Source of the DNA: Alphaproteobacteria bacterium
GTDB lineage: Bacteria; Pseudomonadota; Alphaproteobacteria; UBA11222
Assembly: GCA_023252275.1 (NCBI GenBank)
Contig: JAHHGO010000001.1
Location: 3,708 to 67,707, forward strand
Direction: 5' to 3'
DNA length: 64,000 bases
The first letter of the stretch is position 1, and each line of letters opens with the position of its first letter. The notes beneath the pieces were generated by a model. It did no database searches and was not told where the DNA came from. It saw only the letters and a list, made by a program, of their open reading frames with translations. Below, one piece after another: positions 1 through 9,630 of the stretch. A program made the position numbers and the translations under genes.

Positions 1-706
1 CTATGGTCAGCACAACAGGAACCAGCCCGATCAGAACGCCGGTGACGCCGATACCCAGAAAATATTTCTGAAACTCCCCGGCGACAAAACTGTTCCGGGC
101 GCCGATCAGATGCATCAGCGCCACCAGTTCATTCTGGCTTTCAAGGCTGGCCTGAGTTGCGAAAATGATCACGGCGATAGCAGCCAGCGATATCAGGACC
201 ACTAATGACAAGCAGACAAGCCGCGCGGTGGTTGCAACCGAATGCATCTGGTCGCGCCATAGCCGGTGATCGTCAAGTTCGACGCCCGGAAACTCGGCTT
301 CAAGCCGGTTCCGCAAACTGTCCAGATCGCCCTCGGGGCGCATCTCCACATCAATCAGTTGCGGCAGCGGAAGTTCACGCACCGCCGCGCTCTGACCCAG
401 CCAGGGGGCCAGCAGGGCCTCCATCTCGGACAGTTCCAGCGCGCGCGCCTGCGCCACGGCGGGATGATCGCGCAATACGCCCAGCACGGATTTTACCACC
501 GCATCGCCACTGACGCCGGATTCCGGCGGAACCTGCACCGTCACCAGCTGGTCCATTTCCGACGCCCATTGGCCGGTGGCGGCAATCAGCGCCAGCCCGC
601 CTAAAATGGCCAGGCTGGCCAGATAGACATTGACGGCAATCACCAGCGGCAACAGCCGGGAGCCCGGCATTTTGCGGGGAAGAACTTTGGAATGGGGAAT
701 TAACAT
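1..706 (-). CDS. ftsX: Cell division ABC transporter permease FtsX; the C-terminus runs off the window start
   Basis: Reverse-strand translation from ATG at 706-704 gives MLIPHSKVLPRKMPGSRLLPLVIAVNVYLASLAILGG... with N-terminal TM, periplasmic loop and C-terminal TM helices (LIGARNSFVAGEFQKYFLGIGVTGVL). Start overlaps the ftsE stop (ATGA). Not in the ORF track because there is no stop inside the window. Confidence 0.6.
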   Translation of the reverse strand, partial: MLIPHSKVLPRKMPGSRLLPLVIAVNVYLASLAILGGLALIAATGQWASEMDQLVTVQVPPESGVSGDAVVKSVLGVLRDHPAVAQARALELSEMEALLAPWLGQSAAVRELPLPQLIDVEMRPEGDLDSLRNRLEAEFPGVELDDHRLWRDQMHSVATTARLVCLSLVVLISLAAIAVIIFATQASLESQNELVALMHLIGARNSFVAGEFQKYFLGIGVTGVLIGLVPVVLTI

Positions 707-1395
707 CAGCCGGCCTTCGCCCGGACGGGTGGCAGTTGGCGCAACCGGCCGCCCTCTTCCAGATGCAGTTCACCGGCATGATGGCGGTGGCGTTCCAGCA
801 GGCCGGTGTCGTGGGTTGCAATCAGCAGCGTCGCGCCCTGCCGGTTCAATTCCATCAGCAGGCCCAGCAGGCGCTCACCGATTTCCGAATCGACACTGCC
901 GGTTGGCTCGTCGGCCAGCAGCAATTGCGGGCTGGCGATGACGGCGCGGGCTATGGCCACCTGCTGCTGCTCGCCGCCGGACAGCAGTTCCGGATAATGA
1001 TCCAGTCTGTCGCCCAGCCCCACCCAGTTCAGCAATTCTTCCACGTCCCTGGTATATTCCTGTTGCGGCCGCCCATCGATCGACAGCGGCAGGGCCACAT
1101 TCTCAAACACCGTCAGATGGCTTACCAGACGAAAGTCCTGAAACACCACACCCACCCGTCGGCGGATTTCGGGTAATTCGTGCGCATCAAGCTGCGAGAT
1201 GTCCTTGCCGAACATTTCCATATAACCGCGCGAGGGGCGGTGGCCAAGATATAACATGCGCAGCAGGCTGCTTTTACCCGCGCCGCACCGTCCGGTCAGG
1301 AAATGAAAGCTGCCCGCCGCCAGTGTGAAATTGATATTGCTCAGAACCTCGGGCCCGTCCCCATATTGCAGGCCCACATTTTTAACCCGAATCAT
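706..1395 (-). CDS. ftsE: Cell division ATP-binding protein FtsE (ABC ATPase)
   Basis: MIRVKNVGLQYG...; Walker A GRCGAGKSS, ABC signature LSGGEQQQ, Walker B LLLADEPTG. GGAGGAGG SD precedes the ATG at 1395; the track ORF extends to 1470. Confidence 0.85.
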   Translation of the reverse strand: MIRVKNVGLQYGDGPEVLSNINFTLAAGSFHFLTGRCGAGKSSLLRMLYLGHRPSRGYMEMFGKDISQLDAHELPEIRRRVGVVFQDFRLVSHLTVFENVALPLSIDGRPQQEYTRDVEELLNWVGLGDRLDHYPELLSGGEQQQVAIARAVIASPQLLLADEPTGSVDSEIGERLLGLLMELNRQGATLLIATHDTGLLERHRHHAGELHLEEGGRLRQLPPVRAKAG

Positions 1396-1615
1396 CAGGC
1401 CTCCTCCCAGCTTGAAGAACGGCACGTTAAAGCATTTCCGGCGGTTTGCGAACCGCCAGTAGTTTTTCAACCCGCCAAAATCAACCGGATGGCAGGCATG
1501 CTTGCGTAAACTGTTTCAGGGCAATATGTTTCCGCTTGGCTATAACTGCTTTGCTTCGGACACAAACGGCTTATGGCGGCCCGTATAGGATATTCAATTT
1601 GATGCCCGCAATCGG

Positions 1616-2320
1616 ATGATTCTTACCTGTTCCTCATGCACGACCCGCTTTCTGGTTGACGCCGCGGCGATTGGCGCGGCGGGACGGCATGTCCGTTGCG
1701 CGCGCTGCCAGCATAGCTGGTTTCAGGAACCGGCCGCCGATCTGCCGCATTCCATTGCCCCCGGGCTCGCCGAACCGCCGCCGCCCGGGCAGGCGTCGGA
1801 ACCCCGCGCCGAAGCCGGTGCGCCTGTCCGGCGGCCGGCGCCCTTGCGCCGCGGCGCCAATCTGCCCGCGCTGCCGCGCAAGCCGAACCGGATGGCGGAA
1901 TTGCTGGCCTGGGGCGCGCTCGCGCTGTTTGTTGCGGGCCTGACCGGGGGCGGATATTTATTCCGTGATCAGATTATTCGTGCATGGCCGCAGGCGGCGA
2001 AACTTTATGCGGCGCTGGGGATTGAAGCGCCCGCCAGCCTTTTGCGGCTTTCGGATTACGCCTTTTCGCGCGGAATGCAGGGGGCGCATGCGGCGCTGAC
2101 GGTAACCGGCGCCATCAGCAATGACGGCAAGGCGGAAATAGCCGCGCCGCGGGTGCTGGTGAAATTGCGCAATGCCGCGGGCAGGGACATTTTCACCTGG
2201 ACCTATCAACTGCCCAACAAGATTCTGGCGGCGGGCGAGAAGATAAAATTTGAAACAAGCCTGATGGATCCGCCGGAAGAAGCCCGAAATATGGAGATCA
2301 TTCTGTTGCCCGCTTATTAA
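1616..2320 (+). CDS. Zinc-ribbon (MJ0042-type finger) domain protein with DUF3426-like C-terminal region
   Basis: N-terminal CSSC...RCARC double CxxC, Pro/Ala-rich linker, TM segment, conserved C-terminal domain; commonly found beside ftsEX in alphaproteobacteria. Confidence 0.55.
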   Translation: MILTCSSCTTRFLVDAAAIGAAGRHVRCARCQHSWFQEPAADLPHSIAPGLAEPPPPGQASEPRAEAGAPVRRPAPLRRGANLPALPRKPNRMAELLAWGALALFVAGLTGGGYLFRDQIIRAWPQAAKLYAALGIEAPASLLRLSDYAFSRGMQGAHAALTVTGAISNDGKAEIAAPRVLVKLRNAAGRDIFTWTYQLPNKILAAGEKIKFETSLMDPPEEARNMEIILLPAY

Positions 2321-2345
2321 CGGCCGGTTTATTTTCCGGGATTTG

Positions 2346-2360
2346 TTAACCCGCTGTTAA
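2346..2360 (-). promoter_or_regulatory. CtrA-box-like motif TTAA-N7-TTAAC upstream of the cpdR-like gene
   Basis: ttaacccgctgttaa on the + strand reads TTAACAGCGGGTTAAC on the - strand (GTTAAC at 2345-2350); ~90 nt upstream of the ATG at 2447. Confidence 0.45.
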
Positions 2361-2446
2361 TATCTGGCGGTTAAAATCTTAATTTCAGGGGCGCGAAACG
2401 GTATCCTGTTATAAAAATAACTCAAAATGTCGCAGGTGGCTTAAGG

Positions 2447-2806
2447 ATGGCGAAAATTCTCATTGCCGAGGACGAACAATCCGTTAGGGAATTGTTGACC
2501 TTGGCCTTGCGACGGAAAGGGCATGAGGTGCTGGCCGTTGCCGACGGTTCGGAGGCGCTCGGCGCATTATCAAAGAACCGCTATGATCTGTTGTTAACGG
2601 ATATTGTCATGCCGATAGTGGATGGCATTGCCCTGTCGCTGAAGGCCGCGCGGGATAATCCTGACATGCGCATCCTGATGATGACCGGCTATTCGGCTGA
2701 ACGCCAGCGCGCCTATAATCTGGAAGAATTGATCCATGATGTGGTGCTCAAGCCTTTCACGATGGATGAGATCGGCAAGGCTGTTGAATCGGCGCTGGCC
2801 GCCTGA
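2447..2806 (+). CDS. cpdR: Single-domain response regulator receiver, CpdR-like
   Basis: 119 aa, MAKILIAEDEQSVRELL...DLLLTDIVMPIVDGIAL...KPF; phospho-acceptor Asp in LLLTDIVMP. Size and sequence resemble Caulobacter CpdR. Confidence 0.65.
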   Translation: MAKILIAEDEQSVRELLTLALRRKGHEVLAVADGSEALGALSKNRYDLLLTDIVMPIVDGIALSLKAARDNPDMRILMMTGYSAERQRAYNLEELIHDVVLKPFTMDEIGKAVESALAA

Positions 2807-2828
2807 TTATCAGGAGTCAGGCGCGCCT

Positions 2829-5378
2829 TCAAAACAGTTTCAGCAAGCGGTCAATATAGTTCAGCTCTTCGGCCGGGCGGCGGCGCTGGCTGGCGCGCAG
2901 TTCAAGCTCGCGGCGGATTTGCAGGGCCCGCTCAATGCCGAACTGTTCAGGCACGACGGTAGCTGTGCCTGCGTCACTGGTCATTGGCCTGCCTAGCGGG
3001 TCTTTATCATTGCGGGGCGCGCCACTTTCTCCGCTTTCACCATTTTCCGCGCGCGCCTTTGCGTCTTCTTCACGCAGTGATTTCGCCAGCGCGCCCGCAC
3101 CCGCGCGCAATTGATCCATTGCCTGACGCTGCTGGTCCAGAGCTTCTGCGGATTCGCCCTGACGCAAGGCTTCGGCCGCGTCCCGCATGGCGCGTTCCGC
3201 GCGCCGAAGCGAATTTGGCGTTTCTCCTGGCGATTGCTGTTCAAGACTGTTGTTAAGCCCGCCCAATGCGCCGCCTAATTCATCCTGCTCGGCAGCCAGC
3301 CCGCCATTGTCTCCCTTGCCCTTTTCGCCACCGTTTTTATCGCCGCCGCTATTATCCTGTTTGCGCCTTGTATAGGTTTCGTCCTGCAATTTCTGCTGCT
3401 GGCGCATCATGCTGGACAGATCATTCAGGGCGTTTCCGTAAAGAAGCTGTTTCGCGCTCTGCTGGCCGCCCGCCTGACCTGGACGCATATTTTCCAGGAT
3501 ATTCTGCAATTTAGAAAGCATTTGCTGGGCCGCATCGCGCGCACCCGACCGGCTGAGCTTTTCAATATTATCCAGCAACTCGTCCAGATCGGATTTTTCG
3601 ATCATTTCGGAATTATCCTGGCCGTCCTGCGTCTGGGGCTGCATGCCTTCTTCCAGCGCCTGTTCCGCCATTTCCTGCACATAGCGCTCCAGGGCCTCGC
3701 GCAGCGCCTGGGTTAATTTGGAAATTTCCGTGTCGCTTGCGCCGTTTTGCAGGGCCTGCATCAGCGCCTTTTGCAGGGCGCGGATTTCATTGCCCGCGAT
3801 CGACAGATCGCCATCCTCGATGCGCAACGCCAGTTGCCATAATAAATCCACTGTCTGTGTCCGCGCATCTTCATTGCCATGAAGATGCGCGATACGGTGA
3901 CGCGCCACGCGCATCGGCAGATAAATTCCAGTTTCGGGCGTAAATTTCTGCGGAAACAGGCTCAACGCATCCAGCGCCCGGATGGTGTCCGCATCGCGTT
4001 TCGGCGTCAGCGCCACATTGCGGCGCTGCTCGATAATGGCGCGCGCCAGCGGATTGGAAAAGACGCGCTGCGGCAAAACCAGCGAAACCGGATTGCTGTA
4101 TCCGCTCTGGCCCGCCGCATCCACCGCCCGCAGGCGAAGCTGCACCCTCCGCCCCGCCCAGGGATGCCCGCCAAGATCCGCATAGGCGGTCTGTCCGCCC
4201 TTCACCGAGGATTGCGGGGCCGGGAATTCAATTTTCAGGGGTGTTTCCTTCGGCGTATTTTCCGGCATCTCAGGCATAATATCGACGCCCGCCGCGACAA
4301 CGCCATAATCGTCCGTGACGCCATATTTGAAACGCAAACTGAACTGGCGCGTGACGGTAATATCCTCCAGCAGACTGATCACGGGCGGCTGATCGGGAAT
4401 GACATTGATCCGCCATTCACGATTTTCCGAACCCGGCTCGCGCAACTGTACAGACTGACTATGCTCAAGCCGGACCGATACATGGCTATTGGCGCTATCG
4501 ATACGCGTCATGGGCAGGCGCTGTTTTTCGCCATTGTCCGGCACAAGGCGCAGCTCGGCTTCGCGGCCGCTGAACAGGCGCATGGAAAGCTCGCTTCCCG
4601 CCGGGACCGAAATGGTGCGCACCGCCGTTGCGTCTGTTGACGGCTCGGCTTTCACATCCTGGGAAATTTTGTCGAATGCCGCGCCTGCCAGCATGACGGG
4701 GGCCGCCCTTGTATAGCCGGGCGGCGTAATCCAGGCCTCGAGCCGCGATGGCGGCAGCGCCGGGCCAAGGCGCGCGGGGCTGAAGCCCGCCTCGATGCGC
4801 GGCCACCATTGCGATCCGGCGGAAATTGAACCGGCGATCAGCAAAATGCCCGCCATCTGGCGCAGGCCATGACGGTCAAGCCGGATGGCCCCCGGATGCG
4901 GCGGAACAAATTTCAGCCGCGGCAAATTCCGCAGCAGACGCCGCTGATGCGCACGCCAAAGGCTTCGCGCCTCCTCGACGCCATCGCCCAGCGCCTGCTG
5001 GTCTTCCAGTGCGCGCAACGGATGATGACGCAAGCCGTTATCCTGTTCGATGCGGGCCAGAATGTGCCGCCGATCCGGCAGCCGGAATCTGTTGCGCGCC
5101 TGAATGAGCGTTACGGCGCTGAACGAAAGCAGCGCCAGAAGCAAAAACCAGTGCACAATTGACGGCGTATGACGCCAGACATCAAACAGCGATAGCGACA
5201 GAAAAAATCCCCAGGCGCAGATGGGACGCCACAGATTTTGCCAGAGCATTTCCCACAGCAGCGCCAGCCTTGTCACCGCGACGCGCCGCCGCAAACCGGG
5301 AATGGCGCCCGGTTGCTCGCCGCGCTGGCGCAGTGGCGCAGCGGGGATGTATGGTGGCGTGTGCGGGGCCTCGCTCAA
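2829..5378 (-). CDS. Large alphaproteobacterial membrane-anchored low-complexity protein (TIGR02302/DUF4175-like)
   Basis: 849 aa, N-terminal TM helices, central Q/A/G-rich low-complexity region, conserved C-terminal part. Matches the family typically found next to cpdR/lysA in alphaproteobacteria; assignment from memory. Confidence 0.5.
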   Translation of the reverse strand: MSEAPHTPPYIPAAPLRQRGEQPGAIPGLRRRVAVTRLALLWEMLWQNLWRPICAWGFFLSLSLFDVWRHTPSIVHWFLLLALLSFSAVTLIQARNRFRLPDRRHILARIEQDNGLRHHPLRALEDQQALGDGVEEARSLWRAHQRRLLRNLPRLKFVPPHPGAIRLDRHGLRQMAGILLIAGSISAGSQWWPRIEAGFSPARLGPALPPSRLEAWITPPGYTRAAPVMLAGAAFDKISQDVKAEPSTDATAVRTISVPAGSELSMRLFSGREAELRLVPDNGEKQRLPMTRIDSANSHVSVRLEHSQSVQLREPGSENREWRINVIPDQPPVISLLEDITVTRQFSLRFKYGVTDDYGVVAAGVDIMPEMPENTPKETPLKIEFPAPQSSVKGGQTAYADLGGHPWAGRRVQLRLRAVDAAGQSGYSNPVSLVLPQRVFSNPLARAIIEQRRNVALTPKRDADTIRALDALSLFPQKFTPETGIYLPMRVARHRIAHLHGNEDARTQTVDLLWQLALRIEDGDLSIAGNEIRALQKALMQALQNGASDTEISKLTQALREALERYVQEMAEQALEEGMQPQTQDGQDNSEMIEKSDLDELLDNIEKLSRSGARDAAQQMLSKLQNILENMRPGQAGGQQSAKQLLYGNALNDLSSMMRQQQKLQDETYTRRKQDNSGGDKNGGEKGKGDNGGLAAEQDELGGALGGLNNSLEQQSPGETPNSLRRAERAMRDAAEALRQGESAEALDQQRQAMDQLRAGAGALAKSLREEDAKARAENGESGESGAPRNDKDPLGRPMTSDAGTATVVPEQFGIERALQIRRELELRASQRRRPAEELNYIDRLLKLF

Positions 5379-5383
5379 CGGTT

Positions 5384-6661
5384 TCAGCCTTCTATTGTCA
5401 GCCAGTCCGGGATGCGGTCCAGCCCCAATAATTGTTCATAGGTCTGCCGGGGCCGGATAATGGCAAACGCGTCCCCGCGCACCAGTATTTCCGGCGCCAG
5501 AAGCCTTGTATTATAGGTGCCTGACTGCACGGCTCCATAGGCGCCAGCGGATAGTATCGCCAACAGATCGTTTTCGCCAAGCTCTGTCAGTTCACGATTG
5601 CTTGCAAAACTGTCGCCGGTTTCGCAAACCTGACCCACCACGTCATAAATGCCCCTTGGGGCATGCGGCGCGGCTTCGCGCACCGGCCAGATTTCATGAT
5701 AGGCGTCATAGAGGGTGGGCCGGATCAGATCATTCATGGCCGCGTCAACAATGGCAAAGCGGCGGCTTTCCCCCTGTTTGACGTAAATGGTGCGGCATAC
5801 CAGCACACCGGCATTGCCCATGATCATGCGCCCCGGCTCAAATATCAGCCGGCAGCCCAGCCCGCCGAAAATGCCGGCCACCATCCGGGCGTAATCCTCA
5901 GGCAATGGCGGATTGGCATTGGACTGTTCATAGGGAATGCCCAGGCCACCCCCCAGATCGAGGCTGGTGATTTCATGTCCGTCGCCGCGCAGCGCCAGCG
6001 TCAGTTCGCGCACCTTGGTAAAGGCGTCGCGAAACGGCGCCAGATCGGTCAACTGGCTGCCAATATGCACATCGACGCCCGCAATGCGCAGGCCGGGCAA
6101 TTGCGCGGCTTGCGCATAGACCGCCCGCGCGCGCGCGATGGGAATGCCAAATTTATTTTCGGATTTGCCGGTGGAAATCTTGGCATGGGTTTTTGCATCC
6201 ACATCGGGATTGACCCGGATGGCGATGGCGGCTTTTTTGCCCTTTGCAACGGCGGTTTCGCTCAGCGCCTGCATTTCAGGTTCGGATTCCACATTGAATT
6301 GCGCTATGCCCGCCTCCAGCGCCAGCGCCATTTCAGCGCGGGTTTTTCCCACGCCCGAAAAAACGATCTTGCCGGCTGGAATGCCCGCAGCCAGCGCGCG
6401 GCGCAATTCCCCCTCGGATACGATGTCCGCGCCGCTGCCAAGTTTCGCCAGGGTGCGCACAACGGCCAGATTGCCATTGGCTTTCAGGGAATAACAGACC
6501 AGCGCATTCTGTCCCGCAAAGGCTTCGGCGAAAACCTTGTAATGATGCGTGATGGTGGCGCTTGAATAGCAATAAAACGGCGTGCCTGCCGCCGCCGCGA
6601 TGGCCGACAGCGCCACATCCTCGGCGTAGAGTTCGCCATTGCGATAGTGAAAATGATGCAT
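5384..6661 (-). CDS. lysA: Diaminopimelate decarboxylase
   Basis: 425 aa, PLP-dependent fold III, motifs YSLKAN, GGGLGIPY, CETGD. Confidence 0.9.
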   Translation of the reverse strand: MHHFHYRNGELYAEDVALSAIAAAAGTPFYCYSSATITHHYKVFAEAFAGQNALVCYSLKANGNLAVVRTLAKLGSGADIVSEGELRRALAAGIPAGKIVFSGVGKTRAEMALALEAGIAQFNVESEPEMQALSETAVAKGKKAAIAIRVNPDVDAKTHAKISTGKSENKFGIPIARARAVYAQAAQLPGLRIAGVDVHIGSQLTDLAPFRDAFTKVRELTLALRGDGHEITSLDLGGGLGIPYEQSNANPPLPEDYARMVAGIFGGLGCRLIFEPGRMIMGNAGVLVCRTIYVKQGESRRFAIVDAAMNDLIRPTLYDAYHEIWPVREAAPHAPRGIYDVVGQVCETGDSFASNRELTELGENDLLAILSAGAYGAVQSGTYNTRLLAPEILVRGDAFAIIRPRQTYEQLLGLDRIPDWLTIEG

Positions 6662-6667
6662 ACGGAT

Positions 6668-6808
6668 CTATTCTTTTTCTCTGTCTTTCTGCCATTCGCG
6701 TTCAACGCGCGAATCTTCGACGCCGCCGGGCGGCACTTCCAGAGCGCCTTTTTTGGCGCAGGCGCTGATCAACACCAGCGCCAGCGCCAGCCAGGCCTTG
6801 CGGGCCAT
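6668..6808 (-). CDS. Small lipoprotein (LptM/YifL-like), 46 aa
   Basis: [29 protein letters not shown]...; lipobox LISAC; start ATG overlaps argH stop (ATGA). Below the ORF-track size cutoff. Confidence 0.5.
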   Translation of the reverse strand: MARKAWLALALVLISACAKKGALEVPPGGVEDSRVEREWQKDREKE

Positions 6809-8220
6809 CAACCCAGTTCCTTTTTTGCGGCGGCGATCGCGGAGCGCACACGCTCCGGCGCGGCGCCGCCAAAACTGGTGCGGCTGGCCACCGATGCCTG
6901 CACGGACAGAATATGCCGGGCGGCCTCGGTAATACGCGGCTCCACCGCCTGTAAATCTGTCAGGCTTAATTGCTCAAGCGATACGCCTTTCGCCTCGGCG
7001 CGCTTGACCGTCTCGCCGGTAATATGGTGCGCCTGCCGGAACGGAATATTCAACTCGCGCACCAGCCAGTCGGCCAGATCGGTTGCCGTGCTGTAGCCCT
7101 TGCCCGCGGCGGCCAGCATCGCATCCTCTTTAATGATCATGGTACGGATCATACCGGTCATGGCCGCAATCGACAGGTTCATGGTGTCGGCGGCGTCAAA
7201 TACCTGTTCCTTGTCCTCCTGCATGTCCTTGGAATAGGTCAGCGGTAATCCCTTCATCACCATCAGCAGCGCGGTGAAAGAACCGGCCACCCGGCCGGTT
7301 TTGGCGCGCACCAGTTCGGCGGCGTCGGGATTGCGTTTTTGCGGCATGATCGATGAGCCGGTGGAAAATTCATCGGTCAGCGCGATAAAGCCGAACTGCG
7401 CCGATGACCACAGCACGATCTCTTCGGCCAGCCGCGACAGATGCGTGGCGGCGATGGCGCAAGCGCCGAGGAATTCCAGCGCAAAATCCCGGTCCGATAC
7501 GGCATCGAGCGAATTGCGCATGGGCCGCGCAAAACGCAGCGCCTTCGCGGTCATTTCCCGGTCAATCGGAAAGCTAGTGCCAGCCAGCGCGGCGGCGCCC
7601 AGCGGCGATTCATTCATCCGTACGCGCGCATCCCGCAGGCGCGCGCGATCCCGGCCGAACATTTCCACATAGGCCATCAGATGATGGCCGAAGGTCACCG
7701 GCTGCGCGCTTTGCAGATGGGTAAAGCCGGGCATGATGGTTGCGGCATGTTGCCCGGCGCGCTGCAGCAGTTCGTGTTGCAGATCCTTCAAGGCGGTCTC
7801 CAGCGCATCCGTGGCGTCCCGCACCCACAGGCGGAAATCGACCGCGACCTGATCATTGCGCGACCGGGCCGTATGCAGACGTCCGGCGGCGGGCCCGATA
7901 AGCTCGGCCAGCCGGGCCTCGATATTCATGTGAATATCTTCAAGCGCTTCGCTGAAATTGAATTTACCGGCGCTGATTTCAGCCAGGATCGTATCCAGCC
8001 CCGCCAGAATCTGCGCGCCATCCCTGGCGCCGATGATGCCCTGCTTTATCAGCATCTCGCAATGCGCTTTGGAACCGGCTATATCCTGGGCATACAGCCG
8101 CTGATCAAAACCGATTGAGGCATTGATGCGCGCCATGATTTCAGCCGGGCCGCCCGCAAAACGGCCGCCCCACAGGCTATTGGCGCTGCTTGTCTGCACT
8201 GGTGATGATTTTTTGCGCAT
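6808..8220 (-). CDS. argH: Argininosuccinate lyase
   Basis: 470 aa, LWGGRF N-terminus, fumarate-lyase signature [12 protein letters not shown]. Confidence 0.9.
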   Translation of the reverse strand: MRKKSSPVQTSSANSLWGGRFAGGPAEIMARINASIGFDQRLYAQDIAGSKAHCEMLIKQGIIGARDGAQILAGLDTILAEISAGKFNFSEALEDIHMNIEARLAELIGPAAGRLHTARSRNDQVAVDFRLWVRDATDALETALKDLQHELLQRAGQHAATIMPGFTHLQSAQPVTFGHHLMAYVEMFGRDRARLRDARVRMNESPLGAAALAGTSFPIDREMTAKALRFARPMRNSLDAVSDRDFALEFLGACAIAATHLSRLAEEIVLWSSAQFGFIALTDEFSTGSSIMPQKRNPDAAELVRAKTGRVAGSFTALLMVMKGLPLTYSKDMQEDKEQVFDAADTMNLSIAAMTGMIRTMIIKEDAMLAAAGKGYSTATDLADWLVRELNIPFRQAHHITGETVKRAEAKGVSLEQLSLTDLQAVEPRITEAARHILSVQASVASRTSFGGAAPERVRSAIAAAKKELG

Positions 8221-8257
8221 GGTTTCGGATCTGGCCTAAAGGAGACACTTGCGAGCA

Positions 8258-8869
8258 ATGTTGGACAAACGCACTGAAAAAGCTGGTAAACTGGACATTT
8301 CCAGGCGGCTGTGGAACGGAATAATCGGTGTGTTTCTTACCGGTGCGGTATACGCCATTGCAGGGCTTTCTGGCAATCCGGCTGCCGCGGCCACCGAACC
8401 CGCCGCCTCGGGGCTGCAAAATTTTGTGCTGAAAACGCTTCCCGCTCCTTTGCCGGCGGTTCAGTTTCAGGACGCCACAGGGGCGCTGCATGATTTGTCG
8501 GAATTTAATGGCAAGGTGATTCTGGTGAATTTCTGGGCCACCTGGTGCGCGCCCTGCCGCGAGGAAATGCCTTCGCTGGACAGGCTGCAACAGGCAATGG
8601 GCGGCGCGGATTTCGAGGTGGTGATCATCAGTCTGGACCGGGCCGGATATGACAAGGCGGCGGCTTTTCTCAACGAAATCGGGGTGAAAAACCTGACCAC
8701 CTATGTCGATCCGGGGGTCAGGGCGGCGCGCAGGCTGGGCGCGCTGGGCCTGCCGGTTAGCCTGCTGCTGAACCGCAAGGGCGATGAGATCGGCCGCCTG
8801 ACCGGCCCGGCGCAATGGGATTCGCCCGAGGCCAGGGCGCTGATCGCCGGGCATATGGGCGGGAAATAG
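8258..8869 (+). CDS. tlpA: Thiol:disulfide interchange protein TlpA (thioredoxin-like, periplasmic)
   Basis: WCAPC active site, N-terminal TM anchor; AAAGGAG SD 14 nt before the ATG at 8258 (track ORF begins at a TTG at 8249). Classic divergent argH-tlpA pair. Confidence 0.8.
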   Translation: MLDKRTEKAGKLDISRRLWNGIIGVFLTGAVYAIAGLSGNPAAAATEPAASGLQNFVLKTLPAPLPAVQFQDATGALHDLSEFNGKVILVNFWATWCAPCREEMPSLDRLQQAMGGADFEVVIISLDRAGYDKAAAFLNEIGVKNLTTYVDPGVRAARRLGALGLPVSLLLNRKGDEIGRLTGPAQWDSPEARALIAGHMGGK

Positions 8870-8893
8870 CCTGCCCAATCGTTGCGGCAGAAA

Positions 8894-9559
8894 TCACACC
8901 GGCCGCTTCAGCGCATCATAAATGAACTGGCCGCCCAGTTGCAGTCCGTCCGGGCCAATGCCATGCCCGACGCCGGGCGACACATGCGACTGCACGGTCA
9001 ATCCCGCCTTGACCAGCGCCTCGACAGCCGTGTGCATGCGGCTGACCGGCAGCATTTCATCCATATCGCCATGGATCATCAAAATGGGCGGCCTGACCCT
9101 GATTTCCGCCTGCAATTTCTCCGGCCCGGCCAGCGCGCCGGAATAGCCGATAATCGCGGCGGGCTGCTTGGCGCGGCGAAGTCCGACCTGTAGCGACATC
9201 ATCGTTCCCTGGCTGAAGCCCACCAGCACCAGACGGCTTTCATCCAGCCCGTGCCGGGCCAGTTCCTGATCGATGAAGGCGTCCAGAACCGGCGCGGCGC
9301 GGGTGACGCCGCGATACATTTCCTCGGGATCCAGCCGGGTGATGCCGAACCATTGATAGCCCATGGGCGACATTTCGCACCGCTCCGGCGCATTGGGCGA
9401 CACAAAGGCGGTCCCCGGCAGCAGCTTTTGCCAGAACGGGGCCAGACCGATCAGATCATTGCCGTCGGCGCCATAGCCATGACACAAAATAACCAGGCTA
9501 TCGGCCCTGCCGCCGGTGGCGGGATCAATCCTTGGTCCATCAATCATTGCCTGCGCCAT
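8894..9559 (-). CDS. Alpha/beta hydrolase, phospholipase/carboxylesterase family
   Basis: 221 aa, nucleophile elbow GFSQG, HG motif. Confidence 0.7.
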   Translation of the reverse strand: MAQAMIDGPRIDPATGGRADSLVILCHGYGADGNDLIGLAPFWQKLLPGTAFVSPNAPERCEMSPMGYQWFGITRLDPEEMYRGVTRAAPVLDAFIDQELARHGLDESRLVLVGFSQGTMMSLQVGLRRAKQPAAIIGYSGALAGPEKLQAEIRVRPPILMIHGDMDEMLPVSRMHTAVEALVKAGLTVQSHVSPGVGHGIGPDGLQLGGQFIYDALKRPV

Positions 9560-9630
9560 GCTGTTTCCTTCGTCTGCGGATCGCGTATGATGCGCATCCT
9601 ATAGCTTTACCAGACCGGCGCGCATTAATT

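Noticed and set aside
375-1176. Track ORFs 375..821(-) and 736..1176(+) and 806..997(+) overlapping ftsX/ftsE
   Set aside because: Arg/Ala/Gly-rich low-complexity translations typical of off-frame reading of high-GC coding DNA; the ftsE/ftsX frames have clear ABC motifs.
3879-4640. 253-aa + strand ORF inside the large TIGR02302-like gene
   Set aside because: Antisense to a well-behaved 849-aa ORF; composition-driven (R/A-rich), no motifs.
5663-6565. 300-aa + strand ORF antisense to lysA
   Set aside because: lysA frame carries canonical PLP-decarboxylase motifs; antisense ORF is GC-frame artefact.
7441-8878. 225-aa (+) ORF antisense to argH and 233-aa (-) ORF antisense to tlpA
   Set aside because: Opposite frames contain the fumarate-lyase signature and the WCAPC thioredoxin motif respectively.
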